Positions 10,284 to 18,617 are shown, numbered from the stretch's first letter. The stretch: DNA of 64,000 nucleotides from Candidatus Bathyarchaeota archaeon (GCA_963770935.1 CAVYRJ010000003.1:22223-86222); one strand, 5' to 3'. Numbers and translations: made by a program. The notes: generated by a model from the sequence alone, not told the origin.

Positions 10284-10886
10284 TTTTTTTCGGCTAAACT
10301 CCATCGTGTCAGTGCAGAAAACCCAGTCAGGATCTAGCCAATCAACCACGTCATAGTGGCATGTAACAGCTATGAATTTCTTGGAGCTTCTGCGAACAGC
10401 CTTGCTAATAGCAAATGCGCTAACTTTAGCTATCTCTCTATCTACAACTGAAGTAAACTCATCGAACACAATAAGTGGCTTCTCTAAACAGAGCGCACGT
10501 GCTATATCCACCCGCATCTTCTCTCCCTGACTCAAACAATCGTAAGCCTTCAACCAATCCGGTGGCGAAGCAAAACCAACGCTGCCAAGCATCTTGGTAA
10601 TTTCAGATGTCTCAATTTCCGTAGGAAAGTCATCTAGAACACACTTGTCTTTGTACTCAAAGTCTCGTATGTAAGCGTCTGGAAAAAGCTGCTTAGCTAT
10701 ACTTGTTTTGCCTGAGCCGCTGCGCCCAACGATAACGCCAACTTGCCAGTCAAAATCCTCAAGCGGCAAGGACCCTCTGAACCGCTTCTCCAATTTAACA
10801 TCGCTTAGCGTGTAGCTGCCGACGACGCTTTGTGCTCGGAAGCTGTCGCTTTCTTCCCAGCGTTTTACAATGTCAAAATCCGTAGC
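10203..10886 (-). CDS. ABC-like ATPase of phage ATPase-GNAT type
   Basis: Walker A GRSGSGKT, signature LSQGEK, Walker B VFDEFTS, H-loop TCHYD; frame open to 10886 (ATDFDIVKRWEESDSFRAQSVVG) with no ATG/GTG/TTG before 10793. Confidence 0.85.
   Translation of the reverse strand, partial: ATDFDIVKRWEESDSFRAQSVVGSYTLSDVKLEKRFRGSLPLEDFDWQVGVIVGRSGSGKTSIAKQLFPDAYIRDFEYKDKCVLDDFPTEIETSEITKMLGSVGFASPPDWLKAYDCLSQGEKMRVDIARALCLEKPLIVFDEFTSVVDREIAKVSAFAISKAVRRSSKKFIAVTCHYDVVDWLDPDWVFCTDTMEFSRKKEVGRPLNSKSIGAAQAYGKCFGTITI
10242..10302 (-). other. Candidate -1 programmed ribosomal frameshift signal
   Basis: GGAG (10302-10299), A AAA AAA (10290-10284), spacer GAAGUA, stem GGCCGC-CCG / CGG-U-GCGGCC (10277-10242). 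Confidence 0.6.
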
Positions 10887-11419
10887 TTATACCCCTCCGC
10901 TTTTAATTTCTCAAAATATTCTTTTTGCTGGACCTCGCTTCGGCACTCAATTATAAGCTCGTAAGTTTCAGGAACCGAAAAAGAGACCTCTCGGTCATCT
11001 ACCTCTATGGGGAGCTTTTCGCCGACGGATTGAAGGAATAACTTTAATTCCTCTTTTTCTCCCTCGTCAATTATGCGCAGGTACTCGGCACTATCCATCT
11101 CCCTGTTATGCTTGCCCCGTAGCTTGTTTAGCACCTGCCGAAGCAAGCGGCGATCAACATCCTTAACTGGCAAGCGAATGACACTGCACTCGGTCATGCC
11201 AAGCTCCTTCATAGCCGTAACCCGCTGCTGACCATCAGCCACCAAAAGCTCACTGTTGGTAACGACGGGAACTATGTCTCCCCATCTTCTAATAGAAGCT
11301 TTCAAGCGGTCAAGCTGGGCAAGACTCATCCTGTTAGGATTGTCTTGGTCAAACTTGAGATCACTGATCTTCACACGTTCCGACATTGGAATCGGAATTT
11401 CTTTTTCAAGCTCACTCAT
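10865..11419 (-). CDS. ParB N-terminal (ParB/Srx) domain protein, virus type
   Basis: ISDLKFDQDNPNRM...LKASIRRWG.IVPVV...VADGQQRVTAMKELG; C-terminal YELIIEC..E..Q...FEKL..EGY.LRIL overlapping the ATPase frame. Confidence 0.85.
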   Translation of the reverse strand: MSELEKEIPIPMSERVKISDLKFDQDNPNRMSLAQLDRLKASIRRWGDIVPVVTNSELLVADGQQRVTAMKELGMTECSVIRLPVKDVDRRLLRQVLNKLRGKHNREMDSAEYLRIIDEGEKEELKLFLQSVGEKLPIEVDDREVSFSVPETYELIIECRSEVQQKEYFEKLKAEGYKLRILTL

Positions 11420-12078
11420 TCCGCTTTCTCTTCCATTTTCTTATCTAAACCTTTAATGAGGGCTTCCCGTTCCTCTGGATGCTCTTCATAGTACTCCCTA
11501 ATTTTACGTGAAATAAACTCGTCATGGAACCCCTCGAACTTCTCAAAACTCTTCTCAGTGAACACGCCCTCGGGATAGATCGCTTTTATTTTTGCGTCTA
11601 CCGCGTCCCACCAAGCAAAATCGTCAAACGCGGGGTCGTCCTCGTTTCGGTTATTGTTGTATTCATAATCTTCTATCAGGCAGTCGTGGTTGAATTTCTT
11701 CATCTCATGGAAGAACCACATAACTCTGAGCATAACGCGTGAGTCTTCGCCTTTGGGATATGCGGCAGCGAACCATTTATAGAGTAAGCGTTCTAAGCGG
11801 TAGCTTAAAAATTCGTGTGATTGTTCAAGAATGGCGTTTTCCTGGTCTGTTAGTTTGCTTAGAAGCTGTTTGGCTGCCTCGTTTTGTTGTTCCGGGCTTG
11901 TGCCGCTGTTTATTATGGCTTGTGCGTCGTCTTTGAAAGATGCTCTTATTTTCTGTGCGTGGTCATGCAGGAGTTGTTCGTCTAAGTTGCCAATGTTGAG
12001 CATTATGTCGTCGTCTTCTGGGGGAAAGTCTAAAATGTTATCTTCTAATTCGTGGAGTTTACGGCTTAACAAATTCAT
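11416..12078 (-). CDS. Hypothetical acidic protein (mobile-element associated)
   Basis: 220-aa ORF whose ends overlap both neighbouring ORFs. Confidence 0.7.
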   Translation of the reverse strand: MNLLSRKLHELEDNILDFPPEDDDIMLNIGNLDEQLLHDHAQKIRASFKDDAQAIINSGTSPEQQNEAAKQLLSKLTDQENAILEQSHEFLSYRLERLLYKWFAAAYPKGEDSRVMLRVMWFFHEMKKFNHDCLIEDYEYNNNRNEDDPAFDDFAWWDAVDAKIKAIYPEGVFTEKSFEKFEGFHDEFISRKIREYYEEHPEEREALIKGLDKKMEEKAE

Positions 12079-12407
12079 CAGAACCCTCTCCTAGCCCTTT
12101 CTGTCTTGGTTTTTTCGCCATCAGGTTGCGGTTTGGGAATCAGTATGCTATTTTTTAGCTTCTCCTCTAAGGCTATCACTCTGAACTCTAACTCCTCGTC
12201 TTTGAGGAGGTTGCCGTAGGTTGAGACGGCTGAAACCATGACCCTTGCCCAGCCTTGTTTTGCTTTGTCGCTGTTTCCAGCACCATGAATTTTTTTGTGG
12301 GAGAGGCTTAAAACGCCGTCTAAAACGCGAAACAACGTATTTCTGCGGTCTTTAGCTGAACGGTTTAATGATGGTTTCTTATTGGTTTTAGCTTCAACTT
12401 CACCCAA
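12078..12407 (-). CDS. Hypothetical protein, weakly reminiscent of archaeal viral small-terminase-like proteins
   Basis: Probable TTG start at 12407; helical body ending EELEFRVIALEEKL; TGATG overlap with the next gene. Confidence 0.55.
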   Translation of the reverse strand: MGEVEAKTNKKPSLNRSAKDRRNTLFRVLDGVLSLSHKKIHGAGNSDKAKQGWARVMVSAVSTYGNLLKDEELEFRVIALEEKLKNSILIPKPQPDGEKTKTERARRGF

Positions 12408-12679
12408 GCTACACTGCGCCTTCTTGAGTTTGGCTCCAACACCAATGGAGAAAAGACAACGCAAAGAGTTAGCTCTCAAGACACCACAAAACAAGACAAC
12501 AAATAGTGACTTACACAATCCAAGAAATAAATTTTCCTATAAGTTTAAAATTTAACAAAAAATAATGTTGGTTTGTAAACACTTTGAAACTTAATAAGAA
12601 AGACAAAGTACCACTTCTACGCGCTTTTTTTAGAATCATATTATTGGTAGTTGTATACTCTTGTCAATCACAAAACCTA

Positions 12680-12916
12680 ATGAGTAAAAGAACCAAGGTA
12701 TATGCAGTGGTTTCAATGAGCGTATCAAAACCTAATATAATCCAGAATGAAAAGGAGATTGCTTCTAAATCCGACGTTATGCAACAGTCCAAAAACGACA
12801 TAATGTTATTTAATAATGGAAAATTCATCATGGTTCAAGACAAAGAAGATCCCAAGCTATCTATAATGAAGTTCGAGTCAAAGCTCAAACAAGTATTGAT
12901 GATTCCAGAAAAATGA
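12680..12916 (+). CDS. Small hypothetical protein
   Basis: AT-rich ORF with no recognisable motif; start uncertain. Confidence 0.35.
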   Translation: MSKRTKVYAVVSMSVSKPNIIQNEKEIASKSDVMQQSKNDIMLFNNGKFIMVQDKEDPKLSIMKFESKLKQVLMIPEK

Positions 12917-13185
12917 ATAAATCATTTTATTTTTGTCAAGCTCTTATGGCTTTTTGAAACTAGTGTCTTTCCTTGCCAGATTCGATGACATGCCTAAAAA
13001 AACAGGGTTGTGCGGGAGATTTTGCCACTTTAACCTTATAGAAGCCATAAAAGACTATTGAACGCTATTTCCTTTTCCTTAATTTTCGTCGTTCAGTTCT
13101 GTAATGTGCGTAAAGACTATTTCTAAGAATAAGTAGTCACAAAAAAAGAAATGGAAGATGCGTTTACACAGAGAGGAAAAACTGT

Positions 13186-13231
13186 TGGCGATGTCACCAC
13201 TTGAAGTCATTCCGTGCTAGACTACGAGCCC
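13186..13231 (-). ncRNA. Orphan tRNA-like 5' fragment (possible split-tRNA half, att remnant or small RNA)
   Basis: GGGCTCG-TA-GTCT-AGCACGGAA-TGAC matches tRNA positions 1-25; TTTAAA about 30 nt upstream; T-tracts downstream; no anticodon arm, T-arm or 3' acceptor strand. Confidence 0.55.
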
Positions 13232-13272
13232 ACAACGCCAAACAAAACAGGATTTATCGATTTAAAGATAAC

Positions 13273-13776
13273 TTACTCCTGGATTAATTCTTGGTCTATC
13301 CACCAAGCCTTCTTCTTGCCCGACCTCTCGCCAGCACAATATTCAATTATTGATTTTCCAACTTGTTTTTTAGAGTTCTTCTGGATTTTTCTAAGCCTGT
13401 TTAAGATAAGCCACCGGTTTGTTTTAATGTAATCTGCTAATTCCGGAGTAGTGGCGGATTTGTAGTGCATTAGATATTCCATGATTTTATGGTCTAACTC
13501 GTCAATGCAGAAGGAATGGGGATTGATTTTTCCATGTTGGAAAGTGAGGATTTCTAGGTCAGCGAGAGATTTTCTGATTTGTCCAAATTCCTGCTCGATT
13601 TTGCCCATTCGCTCCTGGAGAGCTAAGAGTTTGTCTGCTTTGGGTGTTTTCTGCAGTTTTTCGCTTATGGCTTCGCGGATAAAGGTACTTCTGTCGCCTT
13701 CAGGGATACGTAACGCCATTTCCTGGTAGACGTCTTCAGGGATTTTCACCGAGACAATTCTGACTTCGCTCATCAC
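13273..13776 (-). CDS. Ribbon-helix-helix plus coiled-coil plus winged-HTH DNA-binding protein
   Basis: IVSVKIPEDVY...RSTFIREAI (RHH); ATTPELADY...ILNRLRKI (wHTH). Confidence 0.8.
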   Translation of the reverse strand: MMSEVRIVSVKIPEDVYQEMALRIPEGDRSTFIREAISEKLQKTPKADKLLALQERMGKIEQEFGQIRKSLADLEILTFQHGKINPHSFCIDELDHKIMEYLMHYKSATTPELADYIKTNRWLILNRLRKIQKNSKKQVGKSIIEYCAGERSGKKKAWWIDQELIQE

Positions 13777-13884
13777 AGGCTCCTCAACTCACCATAATCA
13801 CGTTAAGTCTATTTCATTTTTTCCATAAAACACAAGTCTGATTGATGAAAAACTTAAATGCATTGACCCCACTCGCTTTAAGTG

Positions 13885-13990
13885 GGATTACGTGTGGCGA
13901 AAAGTTTCACGATCTCTCAAAAAAATTATGTTGGCTCCCTGACCACGCATCGTATTTTTTCTAAACTTTTTGCCAACGTTGAACAAATCC
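13885..13990 (+). promoter_or_regulatory. Long structured 5' UTR of the aldolase-FBPase operon
   Basis: TGGCGAAAAGTTT 13895-13907 pairs with AAACTTTTTGCCA 13963-13975; ACGT/ACGT and GGATT/AATCC extend the stem; BRE-TATA GAAAAACTTAAA upstream; GGAGG SD downstream. Confidence 0.5.
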
Positions 13991-14015
13991 TAACAAAATT
14001 GGAGGTAAAAAAAGT

Positions 14016-14948
14016 TTGATTGATTACTCTCAAAAAGAACTATTAATTCTTGCCTTTGACCATCGCGCATCTTTCCTTGAAAAAATGTTCGGAATCAAAG
14101 GTCGTCAACCAACCGCTGAAGAAAAGAAGCAGATTGAAGATTACAAAAAAATTATTTTTGAAGGCTTCAAACTGTCTATCAAAAAGAAAGTTCCAAAAGA
14201 AATTGCTGGTTTGCTGGTTGACGAAGAATTCGGAAGCCAGGTGCTTCGAGAAGCAAAAAAAGAGGGATTAACCTTTGCCATGCCCGTGGAGAAGTCGGGT
14301 CAAGATGAATTTGACTTTGATTACGGCGACAACTTTGCCAAACATATCGAAGAATTTGACCCTGCTTTCGTGAAAGTTCTGGTACGTTACAATCCTGAAG
14401 GCGATGCGGTCATGAATAAAAGACAACTTGCCCGGCTAAAGAAGCTCAGCGATTACTTAGCGCAGAAGAAGAGAGCGTTCCTATTCGAATTAATTGTCCC
14501 CTCAACTGCGGACCAGTTGGCAAAGCTTGGTGGCTCAAAAGAGAAGTACGACCAAGAACTTCGCCCCAAACTTATGGTTGATTCAATAAAAGAGATTCAG
14601 GAAGCTGGAGTGGAACCAGCCATCTGGAAACTCGAAGGTGTGGACAAGCCAGAATCAGCCAAAGCCGTGGTTAAGCAGGCGCAGAGCAGCGGCAGAAAAG
14701 TCGGAGTCATCACCTTGGGAAGAGGCGAATCCAAAGAGAAGGTTCAGGAATGGCTTAAAGTAGGCGCAAAAATCCCAGGCATAATAGGCTTCGCGGTTGG
14801 AAGAACCATCTTCTGGGATCCGCTGGCAGAGCACAAAGCAGGGAAAACTACCAGGAAAGAAGCTGTGGAAAAAGTCGGCCAGAACTACCAAGAGTTCACC
14901 GAGCTATGGCTAAGTGAATGTAAAAGTAAAAAGGAGATAAAAAAATGA
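14016..14948 (+). CDS. Class I (Schiff-base) aldolase, DUF2090/LacD-like
   Basis: LAFDHR, VKVLVRYNP, WKLEG, GFAVGRTIF motifs; GGAGG SD and TTG start. Confidence 0.8.
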   Translation: MIDYSQKELLILAFDHRASFLEKMFGIKGRQPTAEEKKQIEDYKKIIFEGFKLSIKKKVPKEIAGLLVDEEFGSQVLREAKKEGLTFAMPVEKSGQDEFDFDYGDNFAKHIEEFDPAFVKVLVRYNPEGDAVMNKRQLARLKKLSDYLAQKKRAFLFELIVPSTADQLAKLGGSKEKYDQELRPKLMVDSIKEIQEAGVEPAIWKLEGVDKPESAKAVVKQAQSSGRKVGVITLGRGESKEKVQEWLKVGAKIPGIIGFAVGRTIFWDPLAEHKAGKTTRKEAVEKVGQNYQEFTELWLSECKSKKEIKK

Positions 14949-15928
14949 CTTCGCTAAGGTCCTTATCCCCTTCGCTGACAAGAATCACCACTGCCGGAGC
15001 AGTGGGTGCAGCTCTTCACATTGGGAAGGGTGACCCAGATAAAGTTGACCAAACCGCCCTCGACTTTTCAAGAGCAGTCCTAAGCCAAACCGAAGTTGAT
15101 GGAGAAGTTATCTGTTGCGAAGGCCCAAAAGATAACGCACCCGCCTTCAGTTATATGGAAAAAGTAGGCACAGGAAACGGTCCCAAAGTGGAATTCATCA
15201 TCGACCAAGTGGATGGAACAACCGCCACTTCTAAAGGCAAAAAAGACGCTATCTCAGCTTTGTGTTGTGCCCCTTCGGGATGCCTAAAGGTTCTGCCGGA
15301 CGACGGCTACTACTTCAAAGTTGCAACCGACGGCAAAGCCAAAGGAAAAATCAACCTTGATATGTCTGTCGAAGAGATTGTGCAAACGATAGCTAAACTC
15401 AAGAATCGTCCTTTAGCAAACTTTACTGTAATTATGCTTGAACGCGACAGACACAACGAGCTGCTTGCTAAACTACGGAAGATGGGTGTAAGAATCATTC
15501 TAATAGCCGACGGCGACATTGCCGGCTCAATCGTTACGTGCTTGCCTGAATCAGGTGTTGATTTGCTTGTTGGTGCAGGCGCAGGGGCAGAGGCAACAAT
15601 TGCTGCAGTTGCAGTGAAATGCCTAGGCGGAACCATGCTGGTTAAGGTTTGGAAAGACAAAAAAGACGACGCTAAACGGATGGATAGATTAAAAGCGGCT
15701 GGAGTGGACATTAACAAAACCTATACCGAAGACGAGTTGGCAAAGGGCAACGAAATGATTTTTGCTGCGTCAGGTGTAACAAAAGGCGAAATGCTCGACG
15801 GTGTACGGTTCACTGCAGGCGGGGCAATCGTCCAATCGATTTGCACAAGACTACCCAGCGGTACTCTAGAATGGTCAACAACTAATCTGAAGTTTAGAGA
15901 CCACCCAATCTATAAACAAATAACCTAA
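14945..15928 (+). CDS. glpX: Class II fructose-1,6-bisphosphatase (GlpX family), divergent
   Basis: EG.KD.AP, D.VDGT, LER.RH, DGDIAG, FAASGVT.G.ML.GV. Confidence 0.8.
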   Translation: MTSLRSLSPSLTRITTAGAVGAALHIGKGDPDKVDQTALDFSRAVLSQTEVDGEVICCEGPKDNAPAFSYMEKVGTGNGPKVEFIIDQVDGTTATSKGKKDAISALCCAPSGCLKVLPDDGYYFKVATDGKAKGKINLDMSVEEIVQTIAKLKNRPLANFTVIMLERDRHNELLAKLRKMGVRIILIADGDIAGSIVTCLPESGVDLLVGAGAGAEATIAAVAVKCLGGTMLVKVWKDKKDDAKRMDRLKAAGVDINKTYTEDELAKGNEMIFAASGVTKGEMLDGVRFTAGGAIVQSICTRLPSGTLEWSTTNLKFRDHPIYKQIT

Positions 15929-15995
15929 ACGCCCATTTTTGGGCAAAATTTTCTTTAACCAATTAACTTTTGTTAAAAAGTTAGAAACGATTCGA

Positions 15996-16589
15996 TTAAC
16001 TGTGCGTATGTTCGTGAGTTTGTTCGGCTTCTGTCGGGATAGGTTGCCCAGATAGTTTTGTCAACCCCTGGTATCGCTGCTCAACGATGCCTCGTAGTTG
16101 AATGCGCAAATCTTCACTAGCCAAAACTCTTTTTTTCAACAATGCTGTTTTTTTGGCCAATTCTTCATCACCTATTCCTTTAAACCATGCTTCGAAGTCG
16201 CCCCGCTTCAGATGAAACTCTATTGAAACTACATCTGCTCTGTCAAGTTTGTTTGCGAAATCTCGCAGACTGTGTGCATGAAGGCTTAGCGGTTTACCCA
16301 CGGTAACGTAGAAGTTGAATGCTTTATCGTGTGGTGCGTAGGCGAGTATTGCAGCAGCTTTCTCCTTTGTCATTTCAGGAATGCCAAGAAATCTCCTTCC
16401 CTTCTCTGTGATAATGAAGAGGCTTTTCTCAGGTAAACTCACGTATCCCATTTTGATAAGACCTAAAAGGTGCATGTTAACTGGCTGATAATCTTTTTTT
16501 GCTTCCTTGGCTATGTCCAATGCTTTCATTGGTTTGTCGTTTAGGAGCATGGTTTCTAGTATTTCTTGTTTAATAGGCGATAAACTCAA
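15996..16589 (-). CDS. Winged-HTH plus DUF5752-like domain protein
   Basis: N-terminal HTH (MKALDIAK...MHLLGLIKMGYV); C-terminal F.FY...G......A.SL..F...IEFH..RGDFE.W; probable TTG start at 16589. Confidence 0.75.
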   Translation of the reverse strand: MSLSPIKQEILETMLLNDKPMKALDIAKEAKKDYQPVNMHLLGLIKMGYVSLPEKSLFIITEKGRRFLGIPEMTKEKAAAILAYAPHDKAFNFYVTVGKPLSLHAHSLRDFANKLDRADVVSIEFHLKRGDFEAWFKGIGDEELAKKTALLKKRVLASEDLRIQLRGIVEQRYQGLTKLSGQPIPTEAEQTHEHTHS

Positions 16590-16745
16590 TTTCGGGCACC
16601 TGTAATTAGAGCTATGCAAAAACCGTCTAATCAAAGTTTCCTCCAAAATCAAAAAATGTTTTGGTTTCCCAACAGTTAGCTCAGATAAGTAAGGTTTTAG
16701 TATAGAGGTTCATAATGCTAAATGATAAATGGGTGACTGCAAAGC

Positions 16746-17996
16746 ATGAAGATAGCTGTTTTTGTCTACGAATATCCACCTAAAATCGTCGGTGGACTTG
16801 GCACTTACGCCGCGGAGATCACACGCAAGTTTGTTCTAAACGATCATGATGTTACAGTTTTCACAATGAACGATGATGCTGGTTCTTTGCCGACTCGGGA
16901 GATTTGGCGTGGAATAGAAATCCACCGTCCACTCCATATAGACGTATCAGATTCGTTGCCAGACGTAATAGCAGAGGACATACGAAAATGGGGTCGAGGG
17001 ATCCACCTTTTCGGTAAGCTGATGGTTTACAATTATTTGTCAGCCGCAAAGCTGGTTAATGAACTTATAAAAAAAGAAGCCATGAAGTACGACTTGGTTG
17101 TGGCGCACGATTGGCTCTCAGCTATGGGTGGAATCACAGTTAAACGCGAAACGGGATTGCCCTTAGCTTTCCATGTTCACTCAACTGAGAAAGGCAGAAC
17201 ATTAGGTAATGGCTCCAGCGTGGTAAGCAACATCGAGTTGAGGGCTGGCAACATGGCTGACATGGTTGTCACAGTCTCATATGCCATGAAAGATGAATTG
17301 GTCCAGCTTGGTTTTCCCAGAGAAAAAATTCAAGTAAGCTACAACGGAGTGGACCCACAAAAATACAATCCACAAAACGTATCCCCACAGAACATTCAGA
17401 AAATCCGAGCGAAATACGGCATCAAAGATGACGAGTTAATGATTTTATTCCTCGGACGCCTCGTCATGGTTAAGGGCGTTGATAAGTTAATTATGGCAAT
17501 GCCGCACATCATATCCAAGATTCCTAAAGCTAAACTGGTCGTTGTCGGAGTCGGCGACCTACAGGAATACCTCACTAATCTGACCCGAATGACAAAACTA
17601 GACGAGTATGTTAAGTTCTGCTTCGACTTCATCCCAGAAGAAGAACGTATACAACACTATGCAGCCTGCGACATAGCAGTTTTTCCAAGCTTCTATGAAC
17701 CATTCGGCATAGTAGCAATCGAAGCCATGGCAATGGAGAAACCAGTCGTCGTCGGTGCTGCTGGAGTTAGCGGAATGCGGGAAATAGTGATTTGCTGCGG
17801 CGAAGAACAATGCGGTTACCATATAGATCCAAACAACCCCTCCGACATTGCATGGGGCGTAATTAGTGCATTGGAAAATCCTGAAAAACGACGTATGCTT
17901 GGCAAGAATGGCAGAAAACGTGTTTTAGCAGAGTTCACATGGAACAAGATTGCCGAGAAAACCGTGGAGCTCTACGAAACAATCGTTAAACGGTAA
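16746..17996 (+). CDS. GT4 glycosyltransferase (glycogen synthase-like)
   Basis: EYPP..VGGLG, AHDW, HSTE, EPFGIVAIEAMA. Confidence 0.9.
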   Translation: MKIAVFVYEYPPKIVGGLGTYAAEITRKFVLNDHDVTVFTMNDDAGSLPTREIWRGIEIHRPLHIDVSDSLPDVIAEDIRKWGRGIHLFGKLMVYNYLSAAKLVNELIKKEAMKYDLVVAHDWLSAMGGITVKRETGLPLAFHVHSTEKGRTLGNGSSVVSNIELRAGNMADMVVTVSYAMKDELVQLGFPREKIQVSYNGVDPQKYNPQNVSPQNIQKIRAKYGIKDDELMILFLGRLVMVKGVDKLIMAMPHIISKIPKAKLVVVGVGDLQEYLTNLTRMTKLDEYVKFCFDFIPEEERIQHYAACDIAVFPSFYEPFGIVAIEAMAMEKPVVVGAAGVSGMREIVICCGEEQCGYHIDPNNPSDIAWGVISALENPEKRRMLGKNGRKRVLAEFTWNKIAEKTVELYETIVKR

Positions 17997-18001
17997 ACCC
18001 T

Positions 18002-18617
18002 TTGCCCGACGACTATGATTTAAAGCATCGAGTCGCAAGGGAAGCCGCAACCCTTACTTTATTTTGGGGCAGAAAAAGAGTACAAACAAGCGAAAACAAA
18101 AGCTGCCCAAACATTCGGTGCTCATTTTTTACCCTCTAACCTTGAAATCGCCCTTGAGCTTGACAAGATAGCGGAAGAAAACGAGGGTGCAAAAAGAAAA
18201 GAGCGCTTAATTCAAATGCGCAAAGAGGCTTTGGAAGTGATGCGGCTTCTGGGAGGGTTTTGCCCAGTTTTGATTGGGAGCGTTTGGCGCGGAACCATTA
18301 AGCAAGGAAGCGACATCGACATCGCAGTTTACACCGATGAAACAGAAGAAATTCTGAGTGTTCTCAAGGCAGGAGGGGTAAGGGTTTTGAAGAAGGCTTG
18401 GACAACCGTGAACAAGCGTGGAGCAACCTTGGAGTCATTCCACATCTACGCTGAAACCACCTCTAAACATGGGCTTGAAATTGTGGCTCGAAGTCGAGAG
18501 GAAGCGGGTAAAAAAAGGAAATGCGAAACCTTCGGCGACGAACTTAAAGGCTTAAACATTAAGGAACTCGAAAAAGTCCTTGAAAGCAACCCAGCCCAAC
18601 AGTTTATCCCTTCATAA
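18002..18617 (+). CDS. Nucleotidyltransferase-domain protein (one probable insertion error near 18050)
   Basis: GSVWRG....SDIDI motif; N-terminus MPDDYDLKHRVAREAAT/LLYFGAEKEYKQAK...LPSNLEI recovered across a +1 shift. Confidence 0.8.

Larger units (their letters stand above)
9811..12518 (-). mobile_element. Vestigial virus-like island (no integrase seen)
   Basis: Five tightly overlapping co-oriented genes of phage-type families inserted between trmB and core genes. Confidence 0.5.

Noticed and set aside
9663-13141. 8-bp direct repeat TAGTCACA (9663-9670, 13134-13141) bracketing the island
   Set aside because: Too short to distinguish from chance given the spacer lengths searched; not called as att or TSD.
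13178-13240. H/ACA guide RNA reading of the tRNA-like fragment (hairpin followed by ACA)
   Set aside because: No proper K-turn or K-loop (tandem G-A pairs) and no recognisable rRNA target.
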